A stretch of DNA of 52,593 bases from Bacillota bacterium (GTDB lineage: Bacteria > Bacillota_I > Bacilli_A > Izemoplasmatales > Hujiaoplasmataceae), in contig JAKPZU010000062.1 in the NCBI GenBank assembly GCA_029559915.1, positions 1-52,593 on the forward strand. Direction: 5' to 3'. Each line of letters begins with the position of its first letter. The first letter of the stretch is position 1. A model generated the notes under the pieces. It searched no databases and was not told where the DNA came from. It was given only the letters and a program-made list of their open reading frames with translations. Below, piece by piece: positions 32,890-40,935 of the stretch. Both the position numbers and the translations under genes were made by a program.

Positions 32890-34425
32890 GTGATGTTAAT
32901 GATTAATGGGGTTAAAAGATACATACCGGATAATTTAAAACCTTTTGTCTCCAGCGACGAACATTTAAATAAAGTCAGAAAAACAGTTTCTAAGAAGAGT
33001 AAAACAGATGAAACTGTTTTTTTACATAATATCCATGAAGTATTCAATGTCTTGAATATTACATCAGGCATGACTCTATCATTTCATCATCATTTGCGAA
33101 ATGGTGATAAAGTCATGCAATTGGTAGCTCAGGAAATAGAAAAAAGAGATTTGAAAAACATCCATCTGGCCCCAAGTTCGATTTTTCCTAGTTATACAAA
33201 ACTGGTTGATTTAATCAAGAATGGCAATGTTACTGATATTCACACCAATTACTTAAATGGCCCTGTTGCAGATACTATAAGTCAAGGCCATCTTCAGGGT
33301 AAGTTGATTATGAATACTCATGGCGGACGATCGAGAGCGATTGAAAGTGGAGATTTGGCAATTGATGTTGCTTTTATTGCTTGTCCAGTAGTTGATCAAT
33401 TTGGTAATGGCCATGGCGCTATTGGAAAGAGTGCTTGTGGAACTTTAGGATACGCTATCAGTGACCTTGAGTACGCAAAAAAAGTTGTTTTAGTGACCGA
33501 TACATTAATAGACACTTTGGTAACTCACCAAATTGACGGCGGATACGTTGATTATGTATTACTTATCGATTCAATCGGAGACAGAGGTGGCATAGTCTCG
33601 GGGACTACGGAAGTATCAAAGGATCCAATAGGGTTAAAAATAGCTAAAGATTGCGCTAATTTGTTGAACTATCTTGGTTTGATTAAAGATGGTTTTTCCA
33701 TGCAGACAGGTGCAGGAAAAACATCTTTAGCAGTCGTTAAATTTGTGGAAGATATCATGATTAAGAATGGCATCATAGGAAGTTTTGCCTCAGGGGGAAT
33801 TACAAAAGCATATGTAGATATGTTGGAAAAGGGATTGTTCAAGAATCTCTATGATGTTCAGTGTTTTGATTTGGAAGCGGTGACTTCATTTGCTAAAAAC
33901 AAAAACCATCTTGCTATGTCTGCTAGTGAGTATGGAAATCCTTTCGAAGATAATCCAATCTGCAATCAATTGGATTTTGTTATATTGGGTGCTACAGAGA
34001 TAGATCTAGACTTTAATGTCAATGTTACTACCGATTCTTTGGGCAATCTTATCGGCGGTAGCGGTGGACACGCTGATATAGCTTATGGATCAAAAGTTTC
34101 CATAATTATTTCACCATTGATTAAATCGAGAATACCAATCATTAAAGAGCGTGTTATGACGGTGACCACTCCTGGCTCAGATATAGATATTTTGATTACC
34201 GAAAGAGGAATTGCGGTAAACCCATTACGAAAAGATCTTTTGAAAAAACTTGAAAACAGTCCATTTACATTATATAAAATTGAAGAATTGCTTTCAATTA
34301 CACATAGCATTACCGGTGTGCCAAGACATATTGAAACAGATGAAAAAATCATCGGTTATGTCGAATATCGAGATGGCACATATCTTGATGTCTTGAGAAA
34401 AGTTAAAGATGAATATTTTAGATAA
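32890..34425 (+). CDS. citF: citrate/citramalate lyase alpha subunit (CoA/ACP-transferase)
   Basis: About 510 aa. LSFHHHLRNGD block typical of CitF. The start is ambiguous (GTG 32890, ATG 32893 or ATG 32899). Confidence 0.88.
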   Translation: MMLMINGVKRYIPDNLKPFVSSDEHLNKVRKTVSKKSKTDETVFLHNIHEVFNVLNITSGMTLSFHHHLRNGDKVMQLVAQEIEKRDLKNIHLAPSSIFPSYTKLVDLIKNGNVTDIHTNYLNGPVADTISQGHLQGKLIMNTHGGRSRAIESGDLAIDVAFIACPVVDQFGNGHGAIGKSACGTLGYAISDLEYAKKVVLVTDTLIDTLVTHQIDGGYVDYVLLIDSIGDRGGIVSGTTEVSKDPIGLKIAKDCANLLNYLGLIKDGFSMQTGAGKTSLAVVKFVEDIMIKNGIIGSFASGGITKAYVDMLEKGLFKNLYDVQCFDLEAVTSFAKNKNHLAMSASEYGNPFEDNPICNQLDFVILGATEIDLDFNVNVTTDSLGNLIGGSGGHADIAYGSKVSIIISPLIKSRIPIIKERVMTVTTPGSDIDILITERGIAVNPLRKDLLKKLENSPFTLYKIEELLSITHSITGVPRHIETDEKIIGYVEYRDGTYLDVLRKVKDEYFR

Positions 34426-35668
34426 CATATTGTCAGGAAGAGAAAAAAGATCAAAACTTATAGAAGAATATTTAAACTCTTATGAAACTGTCGTTAGCAT
34501 TAAAGCAAACATGCCCGGCACAGAAAAGAATAACTATTTAGCTTATCTTTTGATCAATGCTTTTTCTTTTATCGTTAAATCATTCCCATCGGTTACTTAC
34601 GACTATCATCAAAATGATGATGGTCCTTTTGTTTTAGTTTTGTTAAATGGATTTAACTCCAAATCGATAAAAAGACAAATGATTTCAATTGAAGAACATC
34701 ATGAGTTGGGTAGGTTTATTGACCTAGATGTATATGATAGATATGGAACTGTAACAATTAGGAAGCAAAAAAGAAAATGCATAATCTGCGATAATCAAGC
34801 TTCCATCTGCATAAGGAATCAAAACCATACTGACGTAGAAATAATTGATATAATAGATAAGAAAGTTAAAATCTTTTATGAAAATAACATTTCTCAAATC
34901 TTAAATCAGAGTATAATGGAAGAGTTAGAACTTGATCCCAAATTTGGTTTAGTAACGCCCTATACATCGGGAAGTCATCCAGATATGAACTATGAATTGA
35001 TGATAAAAGCAAAAGAAGCAATAATGCCTTATCTGATTGAGATGTTTTTTGAAACATTAAAAAATTTGAAGGAAATCGATTTAATAAGAAATCTTCAAAG
35101 TATAGGAAAAAGCGCTGAAACAGCTATGTTTAAAGCAACTAAAGGTGTCAATGCCTATAAAGGTTTAATTTTTAACTTGGGATTAATAATTGCAAGTATA
35201 GGATATAAATTATCTAGATATGAAAAGAGAACAATTTTTGATATAAGCCAATCATTTGCAAAACAACTCTTTTTGAATTATGATTACTCTAGTGAAAGTT
35301 ATGGCGACAAGGCATTTCTGGAGCACTCGTTAAAAGGCATTAGAGGAGAAGCTTTGTCAGGCTATTCGACAGTAAAAATTGCTTTAAGGAAGTTATTTGA
35401 TTTATCCACTCACTCAAAAATTCAAACTTTGATTTTTCTTATCATCAATAGTGAGGATACTTCCTTGTATCAAAGATCAGGTTCATTTGAAAAGTATTTA
35501 TATATAAAAAAAATGTTCGCTGAATTGGATTTGAATAACGATAGAGAAGTCTTGAGAATCAACGACTATTGTATTGCAAATAACCTGAGTTTTGGCGGTA
35601 GCGCCGACTTGCTTGTTGTAACGGTTCTTATCAAAATATTCAACGATATATATCTGTTTTTGGAGTGA
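34409..35668 (+). CDS. citXG: fused CitX-CitG: apo-lyase phosphoribosyl-dephospho-CoA transferase plus triphosphoribosyl-dephospho-CoA synthase
   Basis: 419 aa. The N-terminal ~170 aa is CitX-like (ILSGREKRS..., GRFIDLDVY). The C-terminal half is CitG-like (GVNAYKG, GIRGEA, SFGGSADLL). Confidence 0.8.
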   Translation: MNILDNILSGREKRSKLIEEYLNSYETVVSIKANMPGTEKNNYLAYLLINAFSFIVKSFPSVTYDYHQNDDGPFVLVLLNGFNSKSIKRQMISIEEHHELGRFIDLDVYDRYGTVTIRKQKRKCIICDNQASICIRNQNHTDVEIIDIIDKKVKIFYENNISQILNQSIMEELELDPKFGLVTPYTSGSHPDMNYELMIKAKEAIMPYLIEMFFETLKNLKEIDLIRNLQSIGKSAETAMFKATKGVNAYKGLIFNLGLIIASIGYKLSRYEKRTIFDISQSFAKQLFLNYDYSSESYGDKAFLEHSLKGIRGEALSGYSTVKIALRKLFDLSTHSKIQTLIFLIINSEDTSLYQRSGSFEKYLYIKKMFAELDLNNDREVLRINDYCIANNLSFGGSADLLVVTVLIKIFNDIYLFLE

Positions 35669-35710
35669 AAGATTAAACGGGAAGAAAATTATGATTTTTA
35701 ATTTTTTTTC

Positions 35711-35739
35711 TTGACAATAAAACTAATAAATAGTAAAAT
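35711..35739 (+). promoter_or_regulatory. promoter for tRNA-Val/Thr (TTGACA, 17 nt spacer, TAAAAT)
   Basis: Hexamers at 35711-35716 and 35734-35739. Confidence 0.55.
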
Positions 35740-35758
35740 CTTTATGCGAGTGAAAAAT

Positions 35759-35834
35759 GGAGGTTTAGCTCAGCTGGGAGAGCATCTGCCTTACAAGCAG
35801 AGGGTCGGCGGTTCGAGCCCGTCAACCTCCACCA
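35759..35834 (+). tRNA. tRNA-Val (anticodon UAC), CCA encoded
   Basis: Acceptor GGAGGTT/AACCTCC, anticodon loop CTTACAA, T-loop GGTTCGAGCC. Confidence 0.9.
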
Positions 35835-35835
35835 T

Positions 35836-35912
<77 letters not shown>

Positions 35913-35940
35913 CTCACAAATATTATGCGTAAAGCATGGA

Positions 35941-35979
35941 TGTGGCGTACTGATTTTACAGTACGCCACATTTATTTTT
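35941..35979 (+). terminator. intrinsic terminator after the tRNA pair
   Basis: TGTGGCGTACTG / CAGTACGCCACA 12-bp stem followed by TTTATTTTT. Confidence 0.85.
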
Positions 35980-35996
35980 ACTAAAAAGGTGAGTTT

Positions 35997-37391
35997 ATGA
36001 ATACAAAAGTTGATGATCGAACGCAGTTAATTCTTTATAAGAATCCAATTTGGAAGGGACTTCTATATTTAAGCTTTCCAGTTTTTTTGGTCAATGTTTT
36101 AAAAACTCTTCATGATATTGTCGATGGTATTTTCTTGGGGATGGTTGACGGGGTTACCGATGCAGGGACATCACTTGCAACTTCGATGCAAAGTGCAGTA
36201 GCTTTAACTTGGCCAATCTTTTTCATTTTTATTTCCTTTGGTATGGGACTTAGTGTTGCGGGTAATGCATTAATAGGTCAATATGTTGGAAAAGGAGACT
36301 ATGATACAGCCAAGAGGTATTCTAACAATACCGTCTATATATCAATATTTTTAGGATTTTTGTTTACTGCAGTAGTTTATTTTACCGCACCTTACATTTT
36401 GAAATTGATGGGCGCAGAGGGCTCCGATTTAACCTTTGCAATAACATATTTAAGGATAAGAAGTTTTGAACTACCAATTTTATTTTTGATGTATTCTTTT
36501 GAAGCAGTAAGAAGAGCTACGGGAGATACAACAACTCCTGTCATTGTCAATGCAATTGGTATAGCGTTAAATATAGTACTGACTCCAATTATGGTTTTGA
36601 AACTTAATATGGGTGTAACCGGAGCTGCCTTATCTACTGTAACAGCTCACTTGGTCATTTTGCCGATAATAATATTCTTCTTATTGAAATCAAAAAAGAG
36701 TTTGACTGTTAATTTCAATATTAAACAATTGAATAAGACGATTATAGGCGATATATTCAATATTGGTATACCCGCTTCCACTGGTCAATCAATACAAGCT
36801 GTTGGTTTTGTTATCTTGAACTCGTTGATTTACGCTTATGGAACAAGCGTTTCTGCAGCTTTTTATATTGGCAATAGAATTTCTTCATTGGTAATGTTCC
36901 CGGTATCTGCAGTATCGTCGATAGTCGCTATCTATATTGCTCAAAACGTAGGTGCGCAAAACATTCCTCGCGCTAAAAAATCTGTAAGAGAAGGGATAAT
37001 AATTTCTGTAATCATGATGATTGTGGGAATTATCATTTTATTACCATTTTCAGAATCAATAGTTCACTTATTCAGTAAGGACTCAGACACAATCAAACAC
37101 GCCACCACTTATGTATTTTGGATTGGAATCGGTTTACCTTTGATGGCTTTGTTCCAAGTATATTTATCTGCGTTTCAAGGTAGCGGAGAAACGAAAAAGT
37201 CTTTCATTTTGGCGATTACAAGATTATGGATTTTAAGATTGCCGATGATATTATTGGTCAACAAGTACACTGATTTGGGGCCTATGGGAATTTGGTATGC
37301 AATGCTTGCAAGTAACGCACTTGCAGCTTTGGTTGGAGCTTTTCTCTATAGTAAAGTGAAATTCTTACCGAAAACAAGAAAAGAGGTATAA
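35997..37391 (+). CDS. MATE-family efflux transporter
   Basis: 464 aa with about 12 TM helices. Has the N-terminal pattern typical of MATE/NorM proteins (P.F..N.L..L...VD..F.G). Confidence 0.85.
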   Translation: MNTKVDDRTQLILYKNPIWKGLLYLSFPVFLVNVLKTLHDIVDGIFLGMVDGVTDAGTSLATSMQSAVALTWPIFFIFISFGMGLSVAGNALIGQYVGKGDYDTAKRYSNNTVYISIFLGFLFTAVVYFTAPYILKLMGAEGSDLTFAITYLRIRSFELPILFLMYSFEAVRRATGDTTTPVIVNAIGIALNIVLTPIMVLKLNMGVTGAALSTVTAHLVILPIIIFFLLKSKKSLTVNFNIKQLNKTIIGDIFNIGIPASTGQSIQAVGFVILNSLIYAYGTSVSAAFYIGNRISSLVMFPVSAVSSIVAIYIAQNVGAQNIPRAKKSVREGIIISVIMMIVGIIILLPFSESIVHLFSKDSDTIKHATTYVFWIGIGLPLMALFQVYLSAFQGSGETKKSFILAITRLWILRLPMILLVNKYTDLGPMGIWYAMLASNALAALVGAFLYSKVKFLPKTRKEV

Positions 37392-37394
37392 TTT

Positions 37395-38516
37395 ATGGCA
37401 AATATCGTGTTTCCCGATTATGATAATTCTTTACTGAGTTTAACAAATTCTATTTTAAAATTTTATGGAGTTAATTTGGGATATAAAGGGTTGGACTCAC
37501 TTGACAAAATACTGGATAAAAAATACAAGAATGTGGTACTTTATCTTGTAGACGCAATGGGCAGTGAAATATTAAACAAACACAAAGAAGCATCAAAATT
37601 TTTAAACACAAAGAAGATTATGGATGTAACGACTGTCTTTCCTTCAACAACAGTAGCAGCAACAACGACCGCAACTACAGGTTTGCCTCCAGTAGCTACA
37701 GGTTGGATTGGTTGGCAACAATATGTTGAGGAGGAAGACAAAAATGTCGTATTCTTTTTAAACCAAGACTATTATGACGAATTATACAAATTTGATTACA
37801 ATGTTAGTGAAAAATACGTTAAAGTTAAATACATTTATGAGTTGATCAATGAAAAAAAACCTGATGTAAAAACACATGAGATTTTTCCCGAATTCCGAGT
37901 TAAGGAACATAAAACCATTAAAGATCAGGTCGATACAATAATTAAGACAGTCGGTAATGGACAGCACAATTTCATATATGCTTATTGGGATAAGCTTGAT
38001 ACTTTTCTTCATGAATTTGGAACTCAAGCCGAAATTATAACAAATCATATTAAAGAAATAGACTCAGCAATTAAATATTTATATGAAAAGATAAATGAAG
38101 ATACTTTAATATTAGTTACTGCAGACCACGGACAAATTGATATTGAAGGTGTCAATCTTTGGGAATATGAAGACATAACCAATACCTTTCTTCATCAACC
38201 AGCCATAGAAGCAAGAGCGACTGCGTTTTATATTAAGGATGGTTTGCAGGAAGAGTTTGAAAATGCCTTCAACAAACATTTCAAAGATAAGTTTATTTTG
38301 TATAAAAGCCAAGATTTGTTAAAGATGGAGTTGTTCGGTAAAGGTCAAAAAAGCCCGAGAACAGAAGGCTTTTTAGGAGATTACTTTTCCTTGGCTATTG
38401 ATAAATACAGTTTTAGATTACAAAACGCCAAACATATTCATAAAGCAACTCACGCTGGTTTAATCAAGGATGAAATGATGATTCCCGTTATAGTTTTAAA
38501 CAAAAAGGCTCTCTAG
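37395..38516 (+). CDS. alkaline-phosphatase-superfamily protein (nucleotide pyrophosphatase/phosphodiesterase-like)
   Basis: 373 aa. Metal/nucleophile motifs VDAMG, FPSTT, DKLDTFLHEFG and TADHG. Separated from the MATE gene by 3 nt. Confidence 0.7.
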   Translation: MANIVFPDYDNSLLSLTNSILKFYGVNLGYKGLDSLDKILDKKYKNVVLYLVDAMGSEILNKHKEASKFLNTKKIMDVTTVFPSTTVAATTTATTGLPPVATGWIGWQQYVEEEDKNVVFFLNQDYYDELYKFDYNVSEKYVKVKYIYELINEKKPDVKTHEIFPEFRVKEHKTIKDQVDTIIKTVGNGQHNFIYAYWDKLDTFLHEFGTQAEIITNHIKEIDSAIKYLYEKINEDTLILVTADHGQIDIEGVNLWEYEDITNTFLHQPAIEARATAFYIKDGLQEEFENAFNKHFKDKFILYKSQDLLKMELFGKGQKSPRTEGFLGDYFSLAIDKYSFRLQNAKHIHKATHAGLIKDEMMIPVIVLNKKAL

Positions 38517-38528
38517 TTTGAGAGCCTT
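38505..38528. terminator. convergent-gene hairpin, likely mgsA terminator
   Basis: AAGGCTCT / AGAGCCTT stem spanning the AlkP-family TAG stop. The T-run is present only on the minus-strand side. Confidence 0.5.
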
Positions 38529-38890
38529 TAATGTATTGAATGAACGATAAGTTCTGCGGTTGAGATATTTGTTGCTAAAGGGATTTTGTAGACATCGGAT
38601 AATCTCAATAATGCTGATACGTCTGGTTCATGAGGTTGTGCAGTCAATGGATCGCGAAAGAAGAAAATCAAATCGATTTTTCCGTTTGCCACTTCTGCAC
38701 CAATTTCTTGATCCCCACCCAAAGGGCCTGAGCGAAAACATTTCACATTTAAACCGGTGGCTTCAATAATCCTATGTCCAGTTGTGCCGGTAGCGACCAG
38801 ATTATGTTTTTTTAGGGTTGCTTGATATTTTTTTGCGAAATCAATCATTTCCGATTTCATCTTATCATGAGCGATTAAAGCGATGTTCAT
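38528..38890 (-). CDS. mgsA: methylglyoxal synthase
   Basis: 120 aa. [17 protein letters not shown] and GPLGGDQ motifs. Confidence 0.92.
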   Translation of the reverse strand: MNIALIAHDKMKSEMIDFAKKYQATLKKHNLVATGTTGHRIIEATGLNVKCFRSGPLGGDQEIGAEVANGKIDLIFFFRDPLTAQPHEPDVSALLRLSDVYKIPLATNISTAELIVHSIH

Positions 38891-39010
38891 TTTAAATTTC
38901 CTCCTATGATAACTTCACTCATAGATTATATCATGATTTGTTGGCTTATATAATGTTTTTAAGACAAAAAAAACTAAATAATCACCATTGTCATTTTTGA
39001 AAAAATGTAG

Positions 39011-39039
39011 TTGCATTTTAAATATGGTTTTGTTATAAT
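39011..39039 (+). promoter_or_regulatory. promoter for tRNA-Tyr (TTGCAT, 17 nt spacer, extended TGTTATAAT)
   Basis: Hexamers at 39011-39016 and 39034-39039, with TG at 39031-39032. Confidence 0.6.
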
Positions 39040-39056
39040 GTAATAGCAAAATAAAC

Positions 39057-39141
39057 GGAGGGGTAGCGAAGAGGCTAAACGCGGCAGACTGTAAATCTGC
39101 TCCCATCGGGTTCGGCGGTTCGAAACCGTCCCCCTCCACCA
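39057..39141 (+). tRNA. tRNA-Tyr (anticodon GUA), CCA encoded
   Basis: Acceptor GGAGGGG/CCCCTCC, anticodon loop CTGTAAA, long variable arm. Confidence 0.9.
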
Positions 39142-39148
39142 TCTAATT

Positions 39149-39173
39149 ATCAGCTGATGCTGATATTTTTTTT
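39149..39173 (+). terminator. intrinsic terminator after tRNA-Tyr
   Basis: ATCAGC TGAT GCTGAT hairpin followed by A and T8. Confidence 0.7.
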
Positions 39174-39190
39174 GTCCAAAGTATAGTCGG

Positions 39191-39219
39191 TTGACATAAT
39201 ATTATAATAATATTATAAT
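39191..39219 (+). promoter_or_regulatory. consensus promoter (TTGACA, 17 nt spacer, TATAAT) with tandem AATATTATAAT repeat in the spacer
   Basis: Hexamers at 39191-39196 and 39214-39219. Confidence 0.6.
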
Positions 39220-39244
39220 TAATATTGGATAGGAGAGATGTTAT

Positions 39245-39451
39245 ATGAAAACTGTATATATCAAGGGTATTTGCTGCAAAGGCTGCGCCAAAGAGCTTGA
39301 AGGAATATTTGAAAGAATATATGGTATCTCCGATGTTAAAGTGTCGACAGAAAATTGTACGGTGACTTACGAGGGATATGTATCAAATAAAGTAATTCTG
39401 GAAGCTTTGGAAGGAACAAAATATCAGGTAGATAAGATTGTTTCCAAATAA
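39245..39451 (+). CDS. heavy-metal-associated (HMA) domain protein, CopZ-like
   Basis: 68 aa with a beta-alpha-beta-beta-alpha-beta length. Metal loop GICCKGC sits at the usual GMxCxxC position. Confidence 0.7.
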   Translation: MKTVYIKGICCKGCAKELEGIFERIYGISDVKVSTENCTVTYEGYVSNKVILEALEGTKYQVDKIVSK

Positions 39452-39472
39452 AAAGCTCTATTGAGCTTTTTT
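39451..39472 (+). terminator. intrinsic terminator
   Basis: AAAAGCTC TATT GAGCTTTT hairpin with T-run. Confidence 0.75.
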
Positions 39473-39496
39473 AATTTTATTGTCTCAAGTTTATGC

Positions 39497-39524
39497 TTGG
39501 AATATATTTTATAAATGTTATAAT
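39497..39524 (+). promoter_or_regulatory. promoter of the V-ATPase operon (TTGGAA, 16 nt spacer, extended TGTTATAAT)
   Basis: Hexamers at 39497-39502 and 39519-39524. Confidence 0.55.
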
Positions 39525-39559
39525 GTAGTAGACCGATTGCAATTAAGAAGGTGAATTAA

Positions 39560-39874
39560 TTGGAAAATCTAATCAGAGAATTAGTTGAACTTGATAAGCA
39601 AAAAAGACTCGAAATTAAGAAACTTGAAGAAGAAAAGTCTAAATTGGGGTCTTTTTTACGTGAAGAAAGAAAAAGAATCGAATCCGAATATCAAGCAGAG
39701 GCTAAAAAGATTTACGATAAAAGAAAAACAGAAGTCGATAAAATCATAAGTGATGCACAAATATCAACAAAAGTCGATTTTGAAAAGGACTTACTTGATT
39801 TGAACCAAACTTATGAAAAAAATAAGGAAGAATGGATTGAAACTTTATATCAATATTGCATTGATAGCAAGTAA
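39560..39874 (+). CDS. V-type ATPase peripheral-stalk subunit (G/H-like coiled coil)
   Basis: 104 aa, highly charged with heptad-like K/E content. First gene of the operon. TTG start after AAGAAGGTGA. Confidence 0.55.
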   Translation: MENLIRELVELDKQKRLEIKKLEEEKSKLGSFLREERKRIESEYQAEAKKIYDKRKTEVDKIISDAQISTKVDFEKDLLDLNQTYEKNKEEWIETLYQYCIDSK

Positions 39875-39886
39875 AGGAAAGTAACA

Positions 39887-40924
39887 ATGCCAAATTTCGC
39901 AGGGAATTCAATAATCTCTAAAACTAAGTCAATGTATAGCAAAAGACTTTTTCCAACGGATTATGAAGAATTATTGAAATTTAATAGCATTCCTGAAATT
40001 GTTGCATATCTTAAAAAAGCTGACAAATATACCAACACATTGGATAAAGTTATGGATTACTCTTTGCACCGCGGTCAATTGGAAGATTTGATTAAGAAGA
40101 GTTATTTTAACAATGTTGCTAAACTTGTAAATTTTGTCAGTACTAAAGATAGAAAATTCTATGAAATAGATATGATTAAGCGGGAAATTGAAGTTGTATT
40201 ATCAAGCTTAAGGTCAATTATTTCCGGAAACATTGAAAGTTCAATCAGAGATTTACCTTTATTCTTTAGAAAACATGCCAGTTTTGATATAGAAGAGGTA
40301 ACCAAGTCTCTGACTTTTCGTGATTTGTTGTTTAGTTTAAAAGGCACAAGGTATGAAGACATAATAAGACCTTTTTACGTAGACGATCCAATCGACGTCA
40401 AATATACAGATATTGAACAAGCTTTATTTTTGGTTTATCACAACATTGTTATAGAGCGGATAAACACTTACTTCACTGGCAAGGTTCATAAAAACCTGAT
40501 GGACATCTACCAAACAAAAGTTGAAGTAGACAATATCATCAAGATTTATCGTCTTAAAAAGTTTTACGATGCGACTGAAGATGAAATCAAAAAAGCGCTT
40601 ATTTGGGAAAATATCAGAATGAAAAAAGCTGATCTTGAAGCTTTAATCAGAATCGAAGATCCAAATGAAGTTCTGCTGAATATCTCACAGTCCGTATACC
40701 AGTCTTATGTCGATGAAGATGATTATGTATATATTGAATATCAAGCAGAGAAAATAAAGTATAATCTTGCAAAAAGATATATGTATTTTTCGACAGTACC
40801 GGCAATCGTTTATACTGTTTTCATTTTTCTTAATGAAATTGAGCAAAAGAATATCTTCAATATCATTGAAGGTATTAGGTACGATATTAAAAAAGAAGAC
40901 ATTCGCAAGATGTTAATATATTGA
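39887..40924 (+). CDS. ntpC: V-type ATPase subunit C (eukaryotic d homologue)
   Basis: 345 aa. Size and operon position support the call, as does the helical repeat composition typical of A/V-type subunit C. Confidence 0.7.
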   Translation: MPNFAGNSIISKTKSMYSKRLFPTDYEELLKFNSIPEIVAYLKKADKYTNTLDKVMDYSLHRGQLEDLIKKSYFNNVAKLVNFVSTKDRKFYEIDMIKREIEVVLSSLRSIISGNIESSIRDLPLFFRKHASFDIEEVTKSLTFRDLLFSLKGTRYEDIIRPFYVDDPIDVKYTDIEQALFLVYHNIVIERINTYFTGKVHKNLMDIYQTKVEVDNIIKIYRLKKFYDATEDEIKKALIWENIRMKKADLEALIRIEDPNEVLLNISQSVYQSYVDEDDYVYIEYQAEKIKYNLAKRYMYFSTVPAIVYTVFIFLNEIEQKNIFNIIEGIRYDIKKEDIRKMLIY

Positions 40925-40935
40925 GGTGAAAGCAG

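Noticed and set aside
31794-34425. Calling citDEF a bona fide citrate lyase operon
   Set aside because: This is not fully rejected, but I did not adopt it as the primary call. There is no citrate transporter, citC or oxaloacetate decarboxylase nearby. Tight coupling to glmSLE-mal favours a citramalate lyase role. Sequence alone cannot settle the substrate.
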